Part shown: piece after piece, positions 12,831-26,245 of the stretch
How the letters are laid out: the number at the start of each line of letters is the position of its first letter
Position numbering within the stretch: the stretch's first letter is position 1
NCBI GenBank assembly: GCA_030248215.1
Contig: JASANG010000273.1
Span: forward strand, 248,001-312,000
Source: Enoplolaimus lenunculus
Lineage: Eukaryota
Reading direction: 5' to 3'
DNA: 64,000 nt
Made by a program: the position numbers and the translations under genes
The notes under the pieces: generated by a model
What the model was told of the DNA's origin: nothing
Database searches by the model: none
Seen by the model: the letters and a program-made list of their open reading frames with translations, nothing else

Positions 12831-15800
12831 GTCAAATGAAAAAAATTTCGACTACGACGCTGTTTTAGATTGAACATGTACTAAACGCCGCCCAGTGACA
12901 CAAGAAACCCTGGTTTAGTGTATATTGAAGCTTAAACTTTATTGTGAACGGCCTAAGTTCGCTCTGTTAACGGATAGTAAAACTAACGAAAACGGATAGC
13001 GATCACAATAACGGAAACAGATGCTCTTTGCGATCGGATTTATAAACTTTTGAGGCAAAAAATCAAAAAATGTACAAAATCAAAATACTTTTACCTTTTT
13101 CTTTTATCTCTATTGAAAAATTCTGCTGCAGCCGTTTGAGGTTATGGTATTTGAACTTATCTTCCAACCTCAATCACTCAAGATTTAGATTAGATTCCTG
13201 AGCATAGAAGCAACATTGATAGAAAAAAATTGGCCGTGATTGTCTTAGTATAGCTTTTTCAAGCATACAGGAACAGAGATGTATGGGTTACACCCCTTGA
13301 AAATGTTGAAGTGTCGCTAATATAGCTAAAAACCCACCAAAACTAAAGTTTCGCGTTAGAATTTAAGCTATTCAATGCAAAAATTACGCTGGCTTAGACT
13401 AATTGACCGTCGACTATTGGTTACCTAATAATAGGCTTTCTCGTGGGATTTGTGGGCGCCTCTGGTTTTGGGTTTAGCGTCTGACTTCTTGTTTTACACC
13501 CCAAGAAACTCATTCCAGGTTCCCTTCGTATTTTTGCAAATCAATCATATGGTAAAACTGTTTGTAGTCAGACCCATACCCAGCTCACCTTGCTAGGGGG
13601 TTTAAAACTTTGACAAGAAGGACATACAAGGGTTTTTTGCTTTACTTACAAGCATGGTTGAAACTTTACCCTGGGGCTTAGCCCTAACTGCCACCTCCCC
13701 TTGGCTACCGGCTTGTACGTAATGCTCTCAAAAACAATGCTGTATGAAAAAATAATAAGCTTTCACATTACTCTGCTAGACAAAACGGGTGTCGACGGCA
13801 AATGGACACTAATTTAAAAAGTATCACACAAACTAAATTCCAATATTACAGAGACACAGGAGTACACAACAACGGATACGGAATATAGCTCTCTTGAAAC
13901 CGGTCCGTAGACTCAGGGAGGCCAGGGATCTCAGCTTCCTTCTGGAAAAATTTGGACCTCCTAGAAAATTATCAAACAACTTGCTTGTAAATGATCGAAC
14001 CCCCTTGCAGACTCCTCCAGAAAAATATTTACTTCTTTTCTTGGAAGGTGAGCTCTTGCTACGGGTCTGCTCAGAAACTTGATAAGATTAAAACTCTTGT
14101 TATAGCTTCAAAATAGCTGGCTGGATTCAAGAGCTCAAATAAAATTTCTCGCTAGCTACAAACGGAGTTTAGAAAATTTTAACTGAAGAAAATATGTACC
14201 CTCGCAATAAAATATTAGCAACGCAGCGCGGCTCATCACAAAAGGCTGGTCATTAATGCAGAAGGTTCTCGTACGCACGTCTAATTAAAAAAATTTTCTT
14301 CCATCCACCTTTTGTCCATGCAATTCCATTTCGCTTACGAATCTATAGCTACTTCGAACAGTAGAAATTCAATAAAGGTCTTCACCCCCTGTATATTTCT
14401 CAAAAAATTATATACAGCTATCTAGCGTGTACGGTTTGTGCTTTCAAATCTAACTCATACCCAGCGGCGTACCGAGGAATTTAAACTGGTGAGAGCTGGC
14501 ATTGAAGAAATCACTGAAATTGTAAAGTTCTTAAGATATAATTGGTAAAACATAATTCAACCGGTAGTAGCTTTACCTGATATTTATTCAAGCCTAAAGG
14601 AAACGTAGAGCACCCCTGGGTTCTCGTTTTGGTATGCCTCTGACCACACTATATACAACAAGTTAAAGTGGTAAATATGACAAAGTATATATATGAAATA
14701 AAGCATAGTTTTAGAGCTTTAATCTAATAGTAATAATGCAGGAGATTTTAGTTGCTTTTTTAGTTTTTTACTGGTTTCCTAATTTTGTTTTGTATGCTGA
14801 GAGTGCGTAAACAACTTACTTAAAGCGCTACGAGGATGTAGAAAAAAATAATTTAAAATGTGAAATAAAGTCTCGGGATAACTAGGAGGTTGAAGAATGT
14901 TTTAAAAAATGCATACCCACCGCAGGGTTGGTGAACCCACAACACTTGAACGATATACACTGGGGGGCACGGCTAATGGCAGACGAAAACTCGTGAGCAA
15001 AGCGAGCGAGACGCCAAATACCCATGAAGAACGCAAAGCTTAACCTGTTCAATAGAACAATAGAAGTTTTAAGCAGAGTTTTGATTAGGTTTAAGGTCAA
15101 ACTTTGCTTCATAGGCATTTTAATGACCGCTTGCTATGTTTTAGTTCAAACATTACCAGCCGTGTGCCCTCAAGTTTGGTCGATCTTTAATTAGCGTATC
15201 CAGAGGGGGTGGAGCGGGGGGCGTTCGTTACCCCCCGTCCGAAAATTTTTCGCGATAAAATGATAAGGCTGCCACCTTACAATTTTTCTCCTGAAAACTT
15301 GGCACATATATAGCATACAGTAAAAATTGCGTTTCATAACTGTTGACAGCCCGCCACTGCGTGAGAAATTTCAGAATCCGCTGCTGGTGCCCTTTTAATT
15401 TAAACATTCAAATCCAGCATTTCTACCAAGAAATAGTCGAAAATAAAGTTATTGTGGTGCTTGATACGTTGAATACTGCAGTGTTGGTTAAGTAACGAAA
15501 ACTATGATTTTGAAGAAAAATTATCTAAATCTATGTTTAGACTTATATCAGTCTTTACAAAAAGCAAACTGTTTAATGATAAGATTAATCTTTGCGCTGT
15601 ATTTCTAGCCCAGACAATGTGTAATTTATTGAAATACTAATCTTCCTTATGGCTAAATACCGGTGGCGTACCGAAGAATTTGGAGTCACGGGGACCTACC
15701 ACAACAACAACTAAAATACTATCCAATCTCAACATCGAATTACCAAATCATTAACAATGGTTCAATATAAAAGGAACTATGTCTTTAACCTGAATGTTGT

Positions 15801-16206
15801 GAATACGGATTGTCTTATCGAGAGTCCCTGTAGCTTTACTCGAATAAACTTGCTGTTTTATCTGCCTGTGTTGCATCACAGTCCAAATTAGCAGCTCGAG
15901 AAAATTGCAATACGTAAATCATTAAATCAAAGAAACTTCGAAAAAACATGTTTTAGGAATTTGTGCTTACATATTTTTAGGTATTTCAAAATACAAGACT
16001 GGCTAATTATTTAGATTTAAAACGCGCTATTTCCAGTGCCAATAATATATACATCTCTTTTAGTGGTTGACACGCGTGCAGTTTCTTATTCCATTTGAAA
16101 AGATAATCAAGGAAATTGATCTTTGGATATATATTAGTGATAGGCATCGGATATTTTTTCATATCCGAATATCCAACAATTCTTGTCGGATATTTATCCG
16201 GATATC

Positions 16207-16551
16207 CGGTCCTGGCTACCCATATGCATCTTGAATAAATTTGCATACAGAACGACACCCGCATTTGGGTGTGCGCCGAACAAAATAGGTCCAAAGCCAC
16301 CAATCCGACACAATAACTAAAAAAACAACAACAATAACATGTTGAGTGCTGATATAACCTAGCTATGTTCTTAACAGCAAAAACAGCCAATGAATATATA
16401 AAATACTATTTAACGGCCACGCAGGGCCAAGTAAGTTGCAAATGGCAGACACAGCCGCCATAACCTCAATGTTGGAGCCAAGCACTTTCTTAACGTGTGG
16501 TTTTGGGTTCGGTAGTTTGAAATATTATTAAAAGGTGACACATCCGCCTAC
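16207..16551 (-). mobile_element. Partial diverged LTR (same family as 23998-24990)
   Basis: Shares blocks GGTCCTGGCTACCC, AATTTGCATACAGA, GGCCACGCAGG, GTGTGGTTTTGGGTTCGG and the CCTACA end with the other copies. Confidence 0.55.
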
Positions 16552-18012
16552 AAGGAACTTATGTTGCGTTGAATCTAATGGGAAGAAATGAATGGAACAA
16601 CATTCATAAGCGGCTAATGTTGTCACATAATACATATACACTGTGAGTTTTTACGGATTGAGTAAGTGGACCACATCGAATTGCCGCTTCAAGAGGACCA
16701 GATGATATTGAACGAATTTTTGCGAGCGAGAAACAATCTAGACATGCTATATATGTTATTATTTTAAGTATAGTTTTTGTGTATCGGGGTAATCGAGGGT
16801 CAAAATAAAGGTAAAGGAAAGAAGAAAGCTTTGCGAGTCAAGCGAGCAAGAACCCAGACGCAATTTAGCATTAAATTTCAAAAAATTTTAGTTCGGGTGC
16901 ATTTGGTACGCAATCCGATCCTCAGAGTTGCCCTTAGATTTTTCATGCCATTGAGGTTAACGATGCATAGTTTCATTTCGTTAATACCGCTAATACGAGC
17001 GCTAAACACGTATTTTTGTACATTCAAACTTCTCAAAAAGTCCTATTTTAAGTTCAATAGTTTATCATATTGATTTCGTTCTGCAACGCCTATCACGTTT
17101 TAGACCATCCCAACGGAAGGGGACGGAGAGACATTAAGTGCGGTCTTGCATTAAACACGGTGGGAGGGAACCATTCGCCTTCGAACTAATGTATCTGGCA
17201 AACTAAACAAATGCCGAAAAATAGTGGGAGCGAAACGATTTCTGTACAAATTCGGTCCGGGGTGACCAGTTTGCCGAGGTTGCGTAACTTGACCAATCCT
17301 CGGAATACTACGGATCCACAGTAATCGCACCGAGGATTCAGGGACATATAAACTATCCACAATATATATATGCTGCTATACAAACAACAAACTGTACGCA
17401 CATCTTCTCTAATAACAGATAGAAATTGTATAATTTATATGAACGTTAGATAGCAAAACAAGGCGAACATCGTTAAGCTTAACCTTAAGCAGGTGAAAAA
17501 AGTTGTTAGCTTATCATTTTCAAGTTGGCTTGCTCTGAATGTTTGACAAAACGCAATTCCTGAAAACCATTTAGTTGTTTTGGCAAAAAACAGCCGAAAT
17601 CACAGAAGATTCAGGATTTTGGATGTGTAGCCAGAGTGGCTCCAAATGGAAAATGTCATTGCCCCCCTGCAATGACTTTGAAAGATTTTATCTGTGTTAA
17701 AAATTAAATGCGCAATAGCTGAAGCAATAAGACTTAGAACCGCAACGATATACGCAATATAATAGGTGTGGATTTCGGTATCATGACAACTAGCCGCCCG
17801 AACAATTTGTATATTAATCCAAAATGTCGTCAACTCGACAATTCATGGCCCATCACACTGCTTTGGCTTGGACTACGCTTAGGATTTATGCTTAAATTTA
17901 TTCGTAGGCTTTACGATTGTTGGGCGACAAGTTGTTGGGCGACGAATTGTCGCAGATTCGTGGATTTCATTTAATCACAATCAATTTGTTCGTCCATGCC
18001 AGGATTCTTTAA

Positions 18013-18727
18013 GCCCTATTCACACGAGCAAATTTTCGCAGCAAAAAATTTGGAAATGCAACTGGCATGTGCAACTTTGTTCACACACCAGCTTTGATGT
18101 TTTCGCAGCTGTAAATTATTCACTGGAATTCGTGTCATTAAATTTAATACGTACGTGTGAATGCATTTGCAAACCGCTTGAATTTCTTGCACATGCATTT
18201 TGATCGGCCATTGGGAAGGCAATGTGTTGAACGCTTCTGAACTAATTCAGACTTACTGAGTTTGGTCAAGAAGCTTGAGTTAGTTCACATTTCAAACATG
18301 TGTAATAATTCGCAGTCTACGGTGACTGACTGAGCTTTGTTTTCATTTTTAAGCATTAAATTGAGATTGTATCGGTATTGAACCGTATTCAAGTCAAGAA
18401 ATTTCGAGTAGAGCCTTCTTTACAACAGAACATTTCTTGCAGCTGAAACTCACAGCTGCGAGTTTTTTCAATAATTCATTCCGAGAACTTGCAGCTGCAA
18501 CTAGGCATGAACAACCTTGCAAAGCGAATTTATTCATCATCATTGGCTGAACTAGTCATTTCTAGCTTATGTATGCTATTTATTGCAGTCATCTAAAAAT
18601 TATTCACAGAAGTTCATGTCATGCAGAATGAAAATGATGTTTTCTTGCAGAACTTGCAGCTGGAAGAAACTCGTGTAAGTTGCAGCTGGGAGTTATCGCT
18701 GCAAAAACTTGCACGTGTGAATAGGCT
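18013..18727. mobile_element. Harbinger-like non-autonomous DNA transposon
   Basis: TIR GCCCTATTCACACG / CGTGTGAATAGGCT with TTAA on both flanks. Internal TTGCAGCTG repeats. Confidence 0.75.
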
Positions 18728-19392
18728 TTAACGTGGGTAGCGTCTCAGAGTATTTCCAAACATTTACAGGTTGTTCTGCTCTGTACAATATGAAAGCAAA
18801 AAAACTCGTTGGCGAGTTTCATCGGCTCACTTGCTTGAACGCCCATTTCCTTAAGATTTATCGTTGTTAAGTCCTTTGGCCTACATGAATGTCACACGCT
18901 GTCAAAGATTCACAAAATCTTCAAAAGTAGGCTTGAAAAAATAGTTTTTTGTCATTGTTGACATATAGAAAGTTATGAAATGTCAAAAAATCAACATTAG
19001 CAGCTTGCGTACATATGATAAATTTTAAGCAAATGCTTGGAGAATTAAAATGTCTTATTAATGATACGTGTTGGTAGCTATGAAACCAAAAAATCTGTTT
19101 CAGTAGGTACAATTTGATGAACTGGTTTGCTTTCCCAGGCAGAAAGTTCCCCACGTAGTATGTGATTGAAATAATAATGTAGTGTTATAGGTTTAGGCGT
19201 TGGCCTCGGATTTGAGTTAATAATATCAGACGTATCGAAAAATACCAATAACAGAATTAAATCGGAACAGATATTTTGCCTTCTATCAAAATAACACTAA
19301 CTCGGGTGAAAGCACGTTCAATATTTGGCCAATGTTTAAGTCCATACCGCTATTATAAGCATAACCCTCAACCCATGTCTAAGCGCAAGGAG

Positions 19393-20282
19393 TGTAGGTG
19401 GCTGTGGCACTCCCAATATATTTTTCAAACTAAGAACCAAACCAAAACTATAAAAAATTTTAAATCACACCTTATAAACGAAGGCTCTGGCTTAACCTAG
19501 TCTCTCTCAGAACTTAAGTAGGCTTAGGCGTTGCTTCCAGGTGTAAAATACATTAGAATCTGTGCGAGGCGGCTGAGAAGAATGAAAAATGCATTTGGGC
19601 CATGTGTGGCAATTTTTAAATTGTATTGCATATTTTATTGGCTGGAGTTGCGTATTAATTGCTATTGTTGTTTGTGGCTGGATTGTGTTATGCTGTTGTT
19701 GGAAGTGTGGCCTAATTCTAGAGTCCATGCGAAATCCCGATATACTGGGATTCAGTCGTGACATGCAAATTAGGTCGAGACACCTCCAAGGGTAGCTAGG
19801 TCAAGAATTCAGTCTTGAAGTGAAATCTACAGAATTAGCAGCGTTAAGTTTGATATTATATAGTTTCGGTTTTACATTCTTAGGTGGATATCGGAGTTTG
19901 TGTGAATAGAGGATAGAGTTGGTTTTTGGCTTTACGGAATTGTTTTTGGATTAGGAGGTTTAAACTTAATGGGAGGGAAACTCGGGGCTGATGTTATTTG
20001 GGGCAGCGCATAGCGCGGGGAATTACACCGTAATTTAAGTTACTAGGGTTTATATGTGGGAAAAATTTAACCAATTCTAACGGGGTTGGTGTGGTTGGCA
20101 TTTGGAGATACCTGGGTAAATTGGTGTAATTCGAACGGGGTTGGACGTACACGGTTACAGGGGAGTAGCTTGAGAATTGTGAGCTTGTAGCTGAATTCAA
20201 ACCAAATTTAGTTTCAACTTTACAGATCGAAAGACTATTAATGATGCAATAAACGTTAAAACGACTTCAATTCTGAGCCACA
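19393..20282 (+). mobile_element. Diverged LTR copy (opposite orientation to 23998 and 25066 copies)
   Basis: Starts TGTAGGTGG after purine-rich AAGGAG. Reverse-complement matches to conserved blocks of 23998-24990 (CCTAGTCTC.CTCAGAACTT, TAGGCTTAGGCGTTGC, ATGCAAATTAGGTCGA, TTCTAACGGGGTT). 3' end approximate. Confidence 0.55.
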
Positions 20283-20295
20283 GCTGTGTAGCATA

Positions 20296-21092
20296 CCGTA
20301 GTGACCCGAACAAGAGGAATGGGGACTGATATTTATTTGGCCTCTCCAGAGGGTACCCCTTGGTTATTCGGTTACAGACTGTTATTTGTTGTTAACACAC
20401 GCTCTGCCACCCTTCGTTACTGATATATATCCAGTACCGCAACTATCCGTTGAATTAAGCGTTTTATTTGTCTTGTGTCAATAGTTTGAGCGATCATGCA
20501 AGGTTATACTTAGAAATGTTCTGTCAAAATTTATGTACGCTTTAAAGTTTCGAACTCAAATTATTTAGTCCTGGAGTCATTTATGCGTTACAATTACAGT
20601 GCAATAAATGGCGAGTCCAATTGGCTTTCTACGAAATAGACTTTTCCTGATTACACAAACTGAATACGAAATAGGCTTTTCCTGATTACACAAACTGAGT
20701 CAAAATTCGACTCCGCCAGAGTCAAATTCGATTCACTTATCGTTCAGAGAGTCAATTTGAGTCACCGTTTTTGCAGTGTAGGGATAATTAAAATTTATAG
20801 ACTCTAATTAGGTTTAGGGACTCAATCTGTGTACTGACTCTTATTAGGGATACGGACTCTGGTCCATGCATAGAACAGTGCCGGATCGTTTTCCGGAGGA
20901 GCTGTAACAGAGTCAGTTTAAGCTTTAGACTAATTTTTTTGCTACGGCTTAAGCTTAGGCTTAGGCTTAGGAATATGCTTATACTACTGTTCTGGCCCTG
21001 TTCTATACATGGGTCCGGACTCCTATCGATTGGTACTCAAAGTGGGGACCCCACTCTTATTACCCCACACCCTCTTATTCGGGTCACTACAG
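20296..21092. mobile_element. Tc1/mariner-like MITE with two nested MITE insertions
   Basis: TIR C(C/T)GTAGTGACCCGAA flanked by TA. Insertion at 20597-20778 (CAGTGCAA..TTGCAGTG, TA duplicated) and at 20861-21016 (GG termini, ~8-bp GGACTC(C)T duplication, TTAGGC core). Both are absent from the copies at 23571 and 32306. Confidence 0.85.
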
Positions 21093-21994
21093 TACATTGA
21101 GAAACGGACATAAAGAAAAGTTGCTGATTGGTGGAAAACATCGAAATCACGAACTTTTCACAAAGATAAGCTTATACCTAGCCCTAAGCTTAATCCAAAC
21201 CAACCAAATAGTCTTAACCTTAAGCTTACTCTGTTGCAGTCCCACGGTTCGCTCCTGTCTATAAATAAATAAAAAATTCGTAAACTGTAATCAAAGAGAA
21301 CACAAGAGAGTTATTTATGTAAAAATTTACATTTAAAATGAGCCTAAATTAAACCCTGCGTTATTCAAATAACAATTGACCTATTTTTGGCCATATATGC
21401 AGACCAAAACCTATTGGATTTTCTTAGTCGCAACGCCAATCTCTAAATCACGGCCTATATACGATGTGTCAACAAAAAATTTATAGGTTTTCTCATTCGT
21501 ATTGATATTTCAGATGAACTCGGTATTCATGTTGATTCGCAGATATTCAGACGAACCTTTTTCGGTCGAAATTAAAGTTATTTTAAATTAAAAATCAAAA
21601 GCATTATATAAATTTGCATGAAGAAATTTGGCAGAATACCATTGGTCAGCGGTTTTATTGTGGTCTGAGTAAATAATAGTAATTTGTGATCAGGGTCATG
21701 GTTAGCACTCTTAATACTACTTCAGGGGGGCTCGCCATCTAAACAGGCCTCACTCTGGCTGACTATACCGAAAATTAGCCTATTCTGACCATTTCAAAAC
21801 CTTTAAATGTCCTAAATAATTGTATCTGTAGGGGTACTTACACATATTGTGTTTGACTAGATTAATAATTGGATTATCCTTTTTTTGAAAAGGGCGACAA
21901 CGAACGACTTCGAGGTCTTGGTAAACTACAAGTGACCCCGGCCTGTTACATAGGGCGACCCATGTACAGAAGAGGTCCCTCCTAAAATTCCAGG

Positions 21995-22495
21995 ATATTA
22001 CCCGGGAAATTGGGATTTTTGAAAATTGGGATATTCCCTGGAATTTCGGAATTTGGAAAAATACGGTTCTGCCGGAAATTGCGATTCCGGACGCAACCTC
22101 TTTCGCTCTGGTTTTGGGAAATTGGGATTTCGGGAAATTGGGATATTACCAGGGAAATTGGGACCTTTGGAACTTTTTGATGTTACCCGGGAAATTGGAA
22201 CTTTGGAAAATTAGGATTCTACCGTGAAATTGCGATTTCGGACGCAACCTTTTTCGCTCGGTACTTTGGGAAATGGGGATTTTGGGAAATAGGGATATTA
22301 CACGGGAAATTGGAATTATGGGAAATTGGGATTCTGCTGGGAAATTGCTACATTCGGCGCAACCTTTTTCGATCGGGAATTTGGGAACTTGGTGTTTTGG
22401 TAAATTGGGATATATAAGCCGGAAAATTGAGATATTACCCGGGAAATTGTGATATTATCTGGGAAATTGAGATATTGGAAATTCAGATATTATCC
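21995..22495. repeat. GGGAAATT/GGGATATT minisatellite
   Basis: Visible degenerate 9-10 bp tandem array with a higher-order unit containing GCAACCT.TTTCG.TC. Confidence 0.85.
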
Positions 22496-23570
22496 GCGAA
22501 AACATGAAATAAATTTTGGTTACCCCCAACTTCGGGAGGGGTTAAATTATCCGTTTGTACTAATTTAAACCGTAATGTTCTTTTACATTGCTCACATATT
22601 TTAAATGATATTGTTTAAAAATGTAATTTATAGACAACAACAATGTATTTTAACATATATTTATATATATGTAAGTTCCTAGTGTGGGGGTTTGGGGGGC
22701 ACAACCCCAATGCGAACACAATAAAAGACAACTTCCCGAGATAAAGCCTTCTATCCTCCACATTAGCAACTTTTTAAATTAGGTTCTCAGGGGGGTTGCT
22801 CCCCTGATCCCTCCAAATTTTAAAGAACCCTAAGCAGGATAAGGGGCTGCCGCTCCAAGCCCCCGCACTAAAGCGGTTCTCTCAATTATTAAAAAATATT
22901 TTTATGCGAGCGAGTTTCTCAAGTGTGGGGGAATAAAACGCGCCAATTCGGCTACAGAATGTCTGAACCCCGTTGTATACGTCAGCTTATGACCCTATCA
23001 AGCCTACGCGCGAACCTAAGCCTGCACCCAAACTTTAGCTTAAAAGCTTAGGCTCAAGATTGAGCCTAAACTTGAGTTTAAATATAAACTTCTGAACAGC
23101 CCAAGCTTAAGACTAAGACTAAAGTTTAAGCCGGATTCTGAGCCTAAGAATCAGCCCAAGCCGATTCTGATTTCCCAAGGATATTTCGATTTCACGCAGA
23201 AAATATTGGGATATTACCCGTGATATTGCTATGTTGGGAATTTGGTATATTACTCGGATATTGCTTGTGAAGTTGATGATTTGCTAGTTTTGAGGCACCC
23301 AATCATCGCATAATTTTAGTTCTATTCTATCCCGATGTTATGCTTATCGCTCCGATTTAGGGACGAGGCCATATAAATGTTTACTGCCTGCGAGAAGTTG
23401 TTGATTTTGGGTAACTGTTATATCCTGAACCACACCTCTTATTTTGTTCTTTTCCTATGTACGCGTATCCCTCTGATTCAGTAGTGACGCGGCCGGTTAA
23501 TGTTTACTATCCCACCCAAATACTTTTACAACACAGATTATAACAAGTATTAATACACAGGTAATAGGTA

Positions 23571-23984
23571 CTGTAGTGACCCGAATTAGAGGGTGTGGGG
23601 TAATAAGAGGGGGTCCCCATTTTGAGTCCCAAGCAATAGGTAGAGTCCCTAGACCCTAATTAGAGTCCATGAAGGTCAGTTATTCCTAATTGTAGAGCAT
23701 AAATGACTCCAGGACCAAATAAAATTGAGTTCGAATCTTTAAGGCGCACTTAAATTTTGAAAGTACATTCCAAAGTATAACCTTGCATTATCGCTCAAGC
23801 TTTTCATGTAAGGCAAAAAACGTTTAATTCAACGGATAGTTGCAATACTGTATATACATCAGTGACGCAGGGTGTCGGGAGCGGGTTGAAAATAAATAAC
23901 AGTCCGTAACTGAATAATAAGGGGTGGTTCTCTCTGGAGAGGCCAAATAAATATCAGTCCCCATTCATATTCGGGTCACTACAG
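23571..23984. mobile_element. Tc1/mariner-like MITE
   Basis: Perfect TIR CTGTAGTGACCCGAA / TTCGGGTCACTACAG with TA on both flanks. Inverted relative to the 20296 and 32306 copies. Confidence 0.9.
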
Positions 23985-23997
23985 TATATATCCAACT

Positions 23998-24990
23998 TGT
24001 AGCCTGATCCGAAACCCTTATAGCCTATGCCTGAATCTGTTTAGTCCAGCCACTGGCTTTCCAGTACCAATATTCTACAAGTTCCCAGAGATCCGTGCAA
24101 TCCTAACCTCGTTAGAATTACACCCCGATTTTACCCAAGTTAAAAAGCGTGCACTCTTAAACACGTTAGAAATGCACGAAATTTCCGACCAATTTAACCC
24201 CTTTAGAATGGTCCAATCCGTTGTAGAATAGTAAACCTAAACCCGTTTGATTAACTAAAATACGTTTTCCCCAGTTTCCCCGAAGTTGCCCTATTAGCAC
24301 ATAACACAGTATCCGATACTGTGTAACCACGAGCGCCCTGCGCTTTTCCAATAGTAATCTTATCCCAAGTTTCTTTCACATAAATGCTATTCAACTTAAA
24401 CCATACTTACCCGAGCAATATACTTTCCGCCCGATCCGTAAACTTTATTGAAAAAATTAAGTATAACCACAAACTCAATAAAGACGACGTGCAACCTATT
24501 TCATCCAGCTATCCACTATATTATTATTCCGCTCCCGGCTATCCCTGTGCGTGTCGACCTAATTTGCATACAGACTGACACCCACAATTGGGTGTCTGCC
24601 GCGATCACCAGGTGCAGAACCACCCATCCTGTACAGCAATTACCCTACAACAACCACAACAATAAACAACAACAAGAACATTAGGCACCCATATTGGGTG
24701 CTGACATGGCCTAGATATGTCGTTATCCGAAGCACTAGCCAAAAATATATGAAAAATTAATATTCAATGGCCACGCAGGACGCCGGTAAGTTTCAAATTG
24801 CGGACACAGCTTCCATAGCGTCGTTTTTATCATTTTTGCGCTTTTTCTAGCAACGCCTAAGCCTAACTGAAGTTCTGAGGGAGACTAGGTGGATCCAGGG
24901 ACTGCCTTAAAGTGTGGTTTTGGGTTCGGGTTTTAATTTGTTTTAGTTTTTAGATTGAAACATAATTAAACAGTGGCAAACCCACCTACA
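23998..24990 (-). mobile_element. ~1-kb LTR of an LTR retrotransposon
   Basis: TGTAGCCTGATCC ... CCTACA (TG..CA ends). The minus-strand start is preceded by a G-rich PPT-like GGGGTGGGCAG. Collinear blocks are shared with 25066-26245. No TSD seen. Confidence 0.6.
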
Positions 24991-25065
24991 CTGCCCACCC
25001 CAACACGATACGGCAACAATTACTAATACAACAAAATTACAACCCAGTTTAAACGTTCTAATTGT

Positions 25066-26245
25066 TGTAACCTGGTCCTAAGTACTGTGTGAGACGTGTC
25101 TTAGCTCTGTTTAATCTAGTCCAAAAGCTCACAAAATACGAATATTTCTCCAAGATCCCCAGATAACCGTGCAATCCTAACCCCGTTATAGAAATACACC
25201 AATGTTCTCAAAAAGCCGGGCAATCCTAAACCCCGTTAGGATTACACCAATTTCTTGCCAAAATAACCCCATTCGAATGGCTTACTCCGGGTAAAGAATG
25301 GTGAGACTAGCCCGTTAGAATCAACAGATTTTCCCAAAACCTCCTGATTTCCCAAGATTTCCCCAGGTATTTCATTATTTCTAGTATACAAAATACTGTA
25401 CAGATTTGAGGTGCAATGCGCAACCCCAAATACAATAATCCCTCTGTTTCCTTCACATTTCAACCACTGTGGCAAACTTAGGTTCCAATTACTCCAATTC
25501 CCAATGCAGGATCCACAATATTATGTGTACACGCTGTGGTTAATCGTTTAAGTAATATGGAAAACATAGTTAAATGTTGCTGCAACTCGTTTTGCTTTCC
25601 AACAAAAAATTTTAATTTTGTCTACAGTTTCAAAGCTTCAAAACTCCACAAAATGAGGAACACAACTATGCAAAAGTAAGAAAGAAATTCAAAACTCCGC
25701 AAATTGTATGGAAACAGATCTGGTATTGATTCCGGTCCTGGCTACCCACTAGGTGTCTCGATCTAATGGGCTCTGCTTTACCTCGCAAAACAAACCGAGG
25801 CATCCAACAACAACAACAATATACTACAACAACAACAAGATACCCATAGTGTGCTCAGATAGCCTAGGTATTGTTATATGAATTCATAGCCGATATTATA
25901 TGCAATGTTATTTATTCAAAGGCTACGCAGGGTCCAGGTGATTTGCCCGTTGCGGTACAGCCGCCATAACCTCGAATTTATACTGTTTACGCCATAAAGC
26001 AAAACCTAAGCCTAACGTAAGTTCCAAGAGAGCATAGGGAACGTCGCTTTCAGACGTAAATCTGCACAAAATAATAACAAATAATAACAAACAACAACAA
26101 AGAGTAATATTTCTTTTACCCGATAACAAATAATTTGCAAGTCTGTAGCCAGCGCGACCCACCAAATGGTTCATTGCGTCGCTTTACCACTAAAATAACC
26201 AGTGTACCAGTACCCCAGCACCCTCTAAAATCACTCCCAACTACA
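25066..26245 (-). mobile_element. ~1.2-kb LTR (3' LTR of a decayed element)
   Basis: TGTAACCTGGTCC ... CTACA. Homologous to 23998-24990 and directly downstream of the decayed minus-strand ORF. Confidence 0.6.

Noticed and set aside
21995..22495. Possible CRISPR-like repeat array
   Set aside because: Degenerate minisatellite without unique spacers, in a eukaryotic context with no cas genes.
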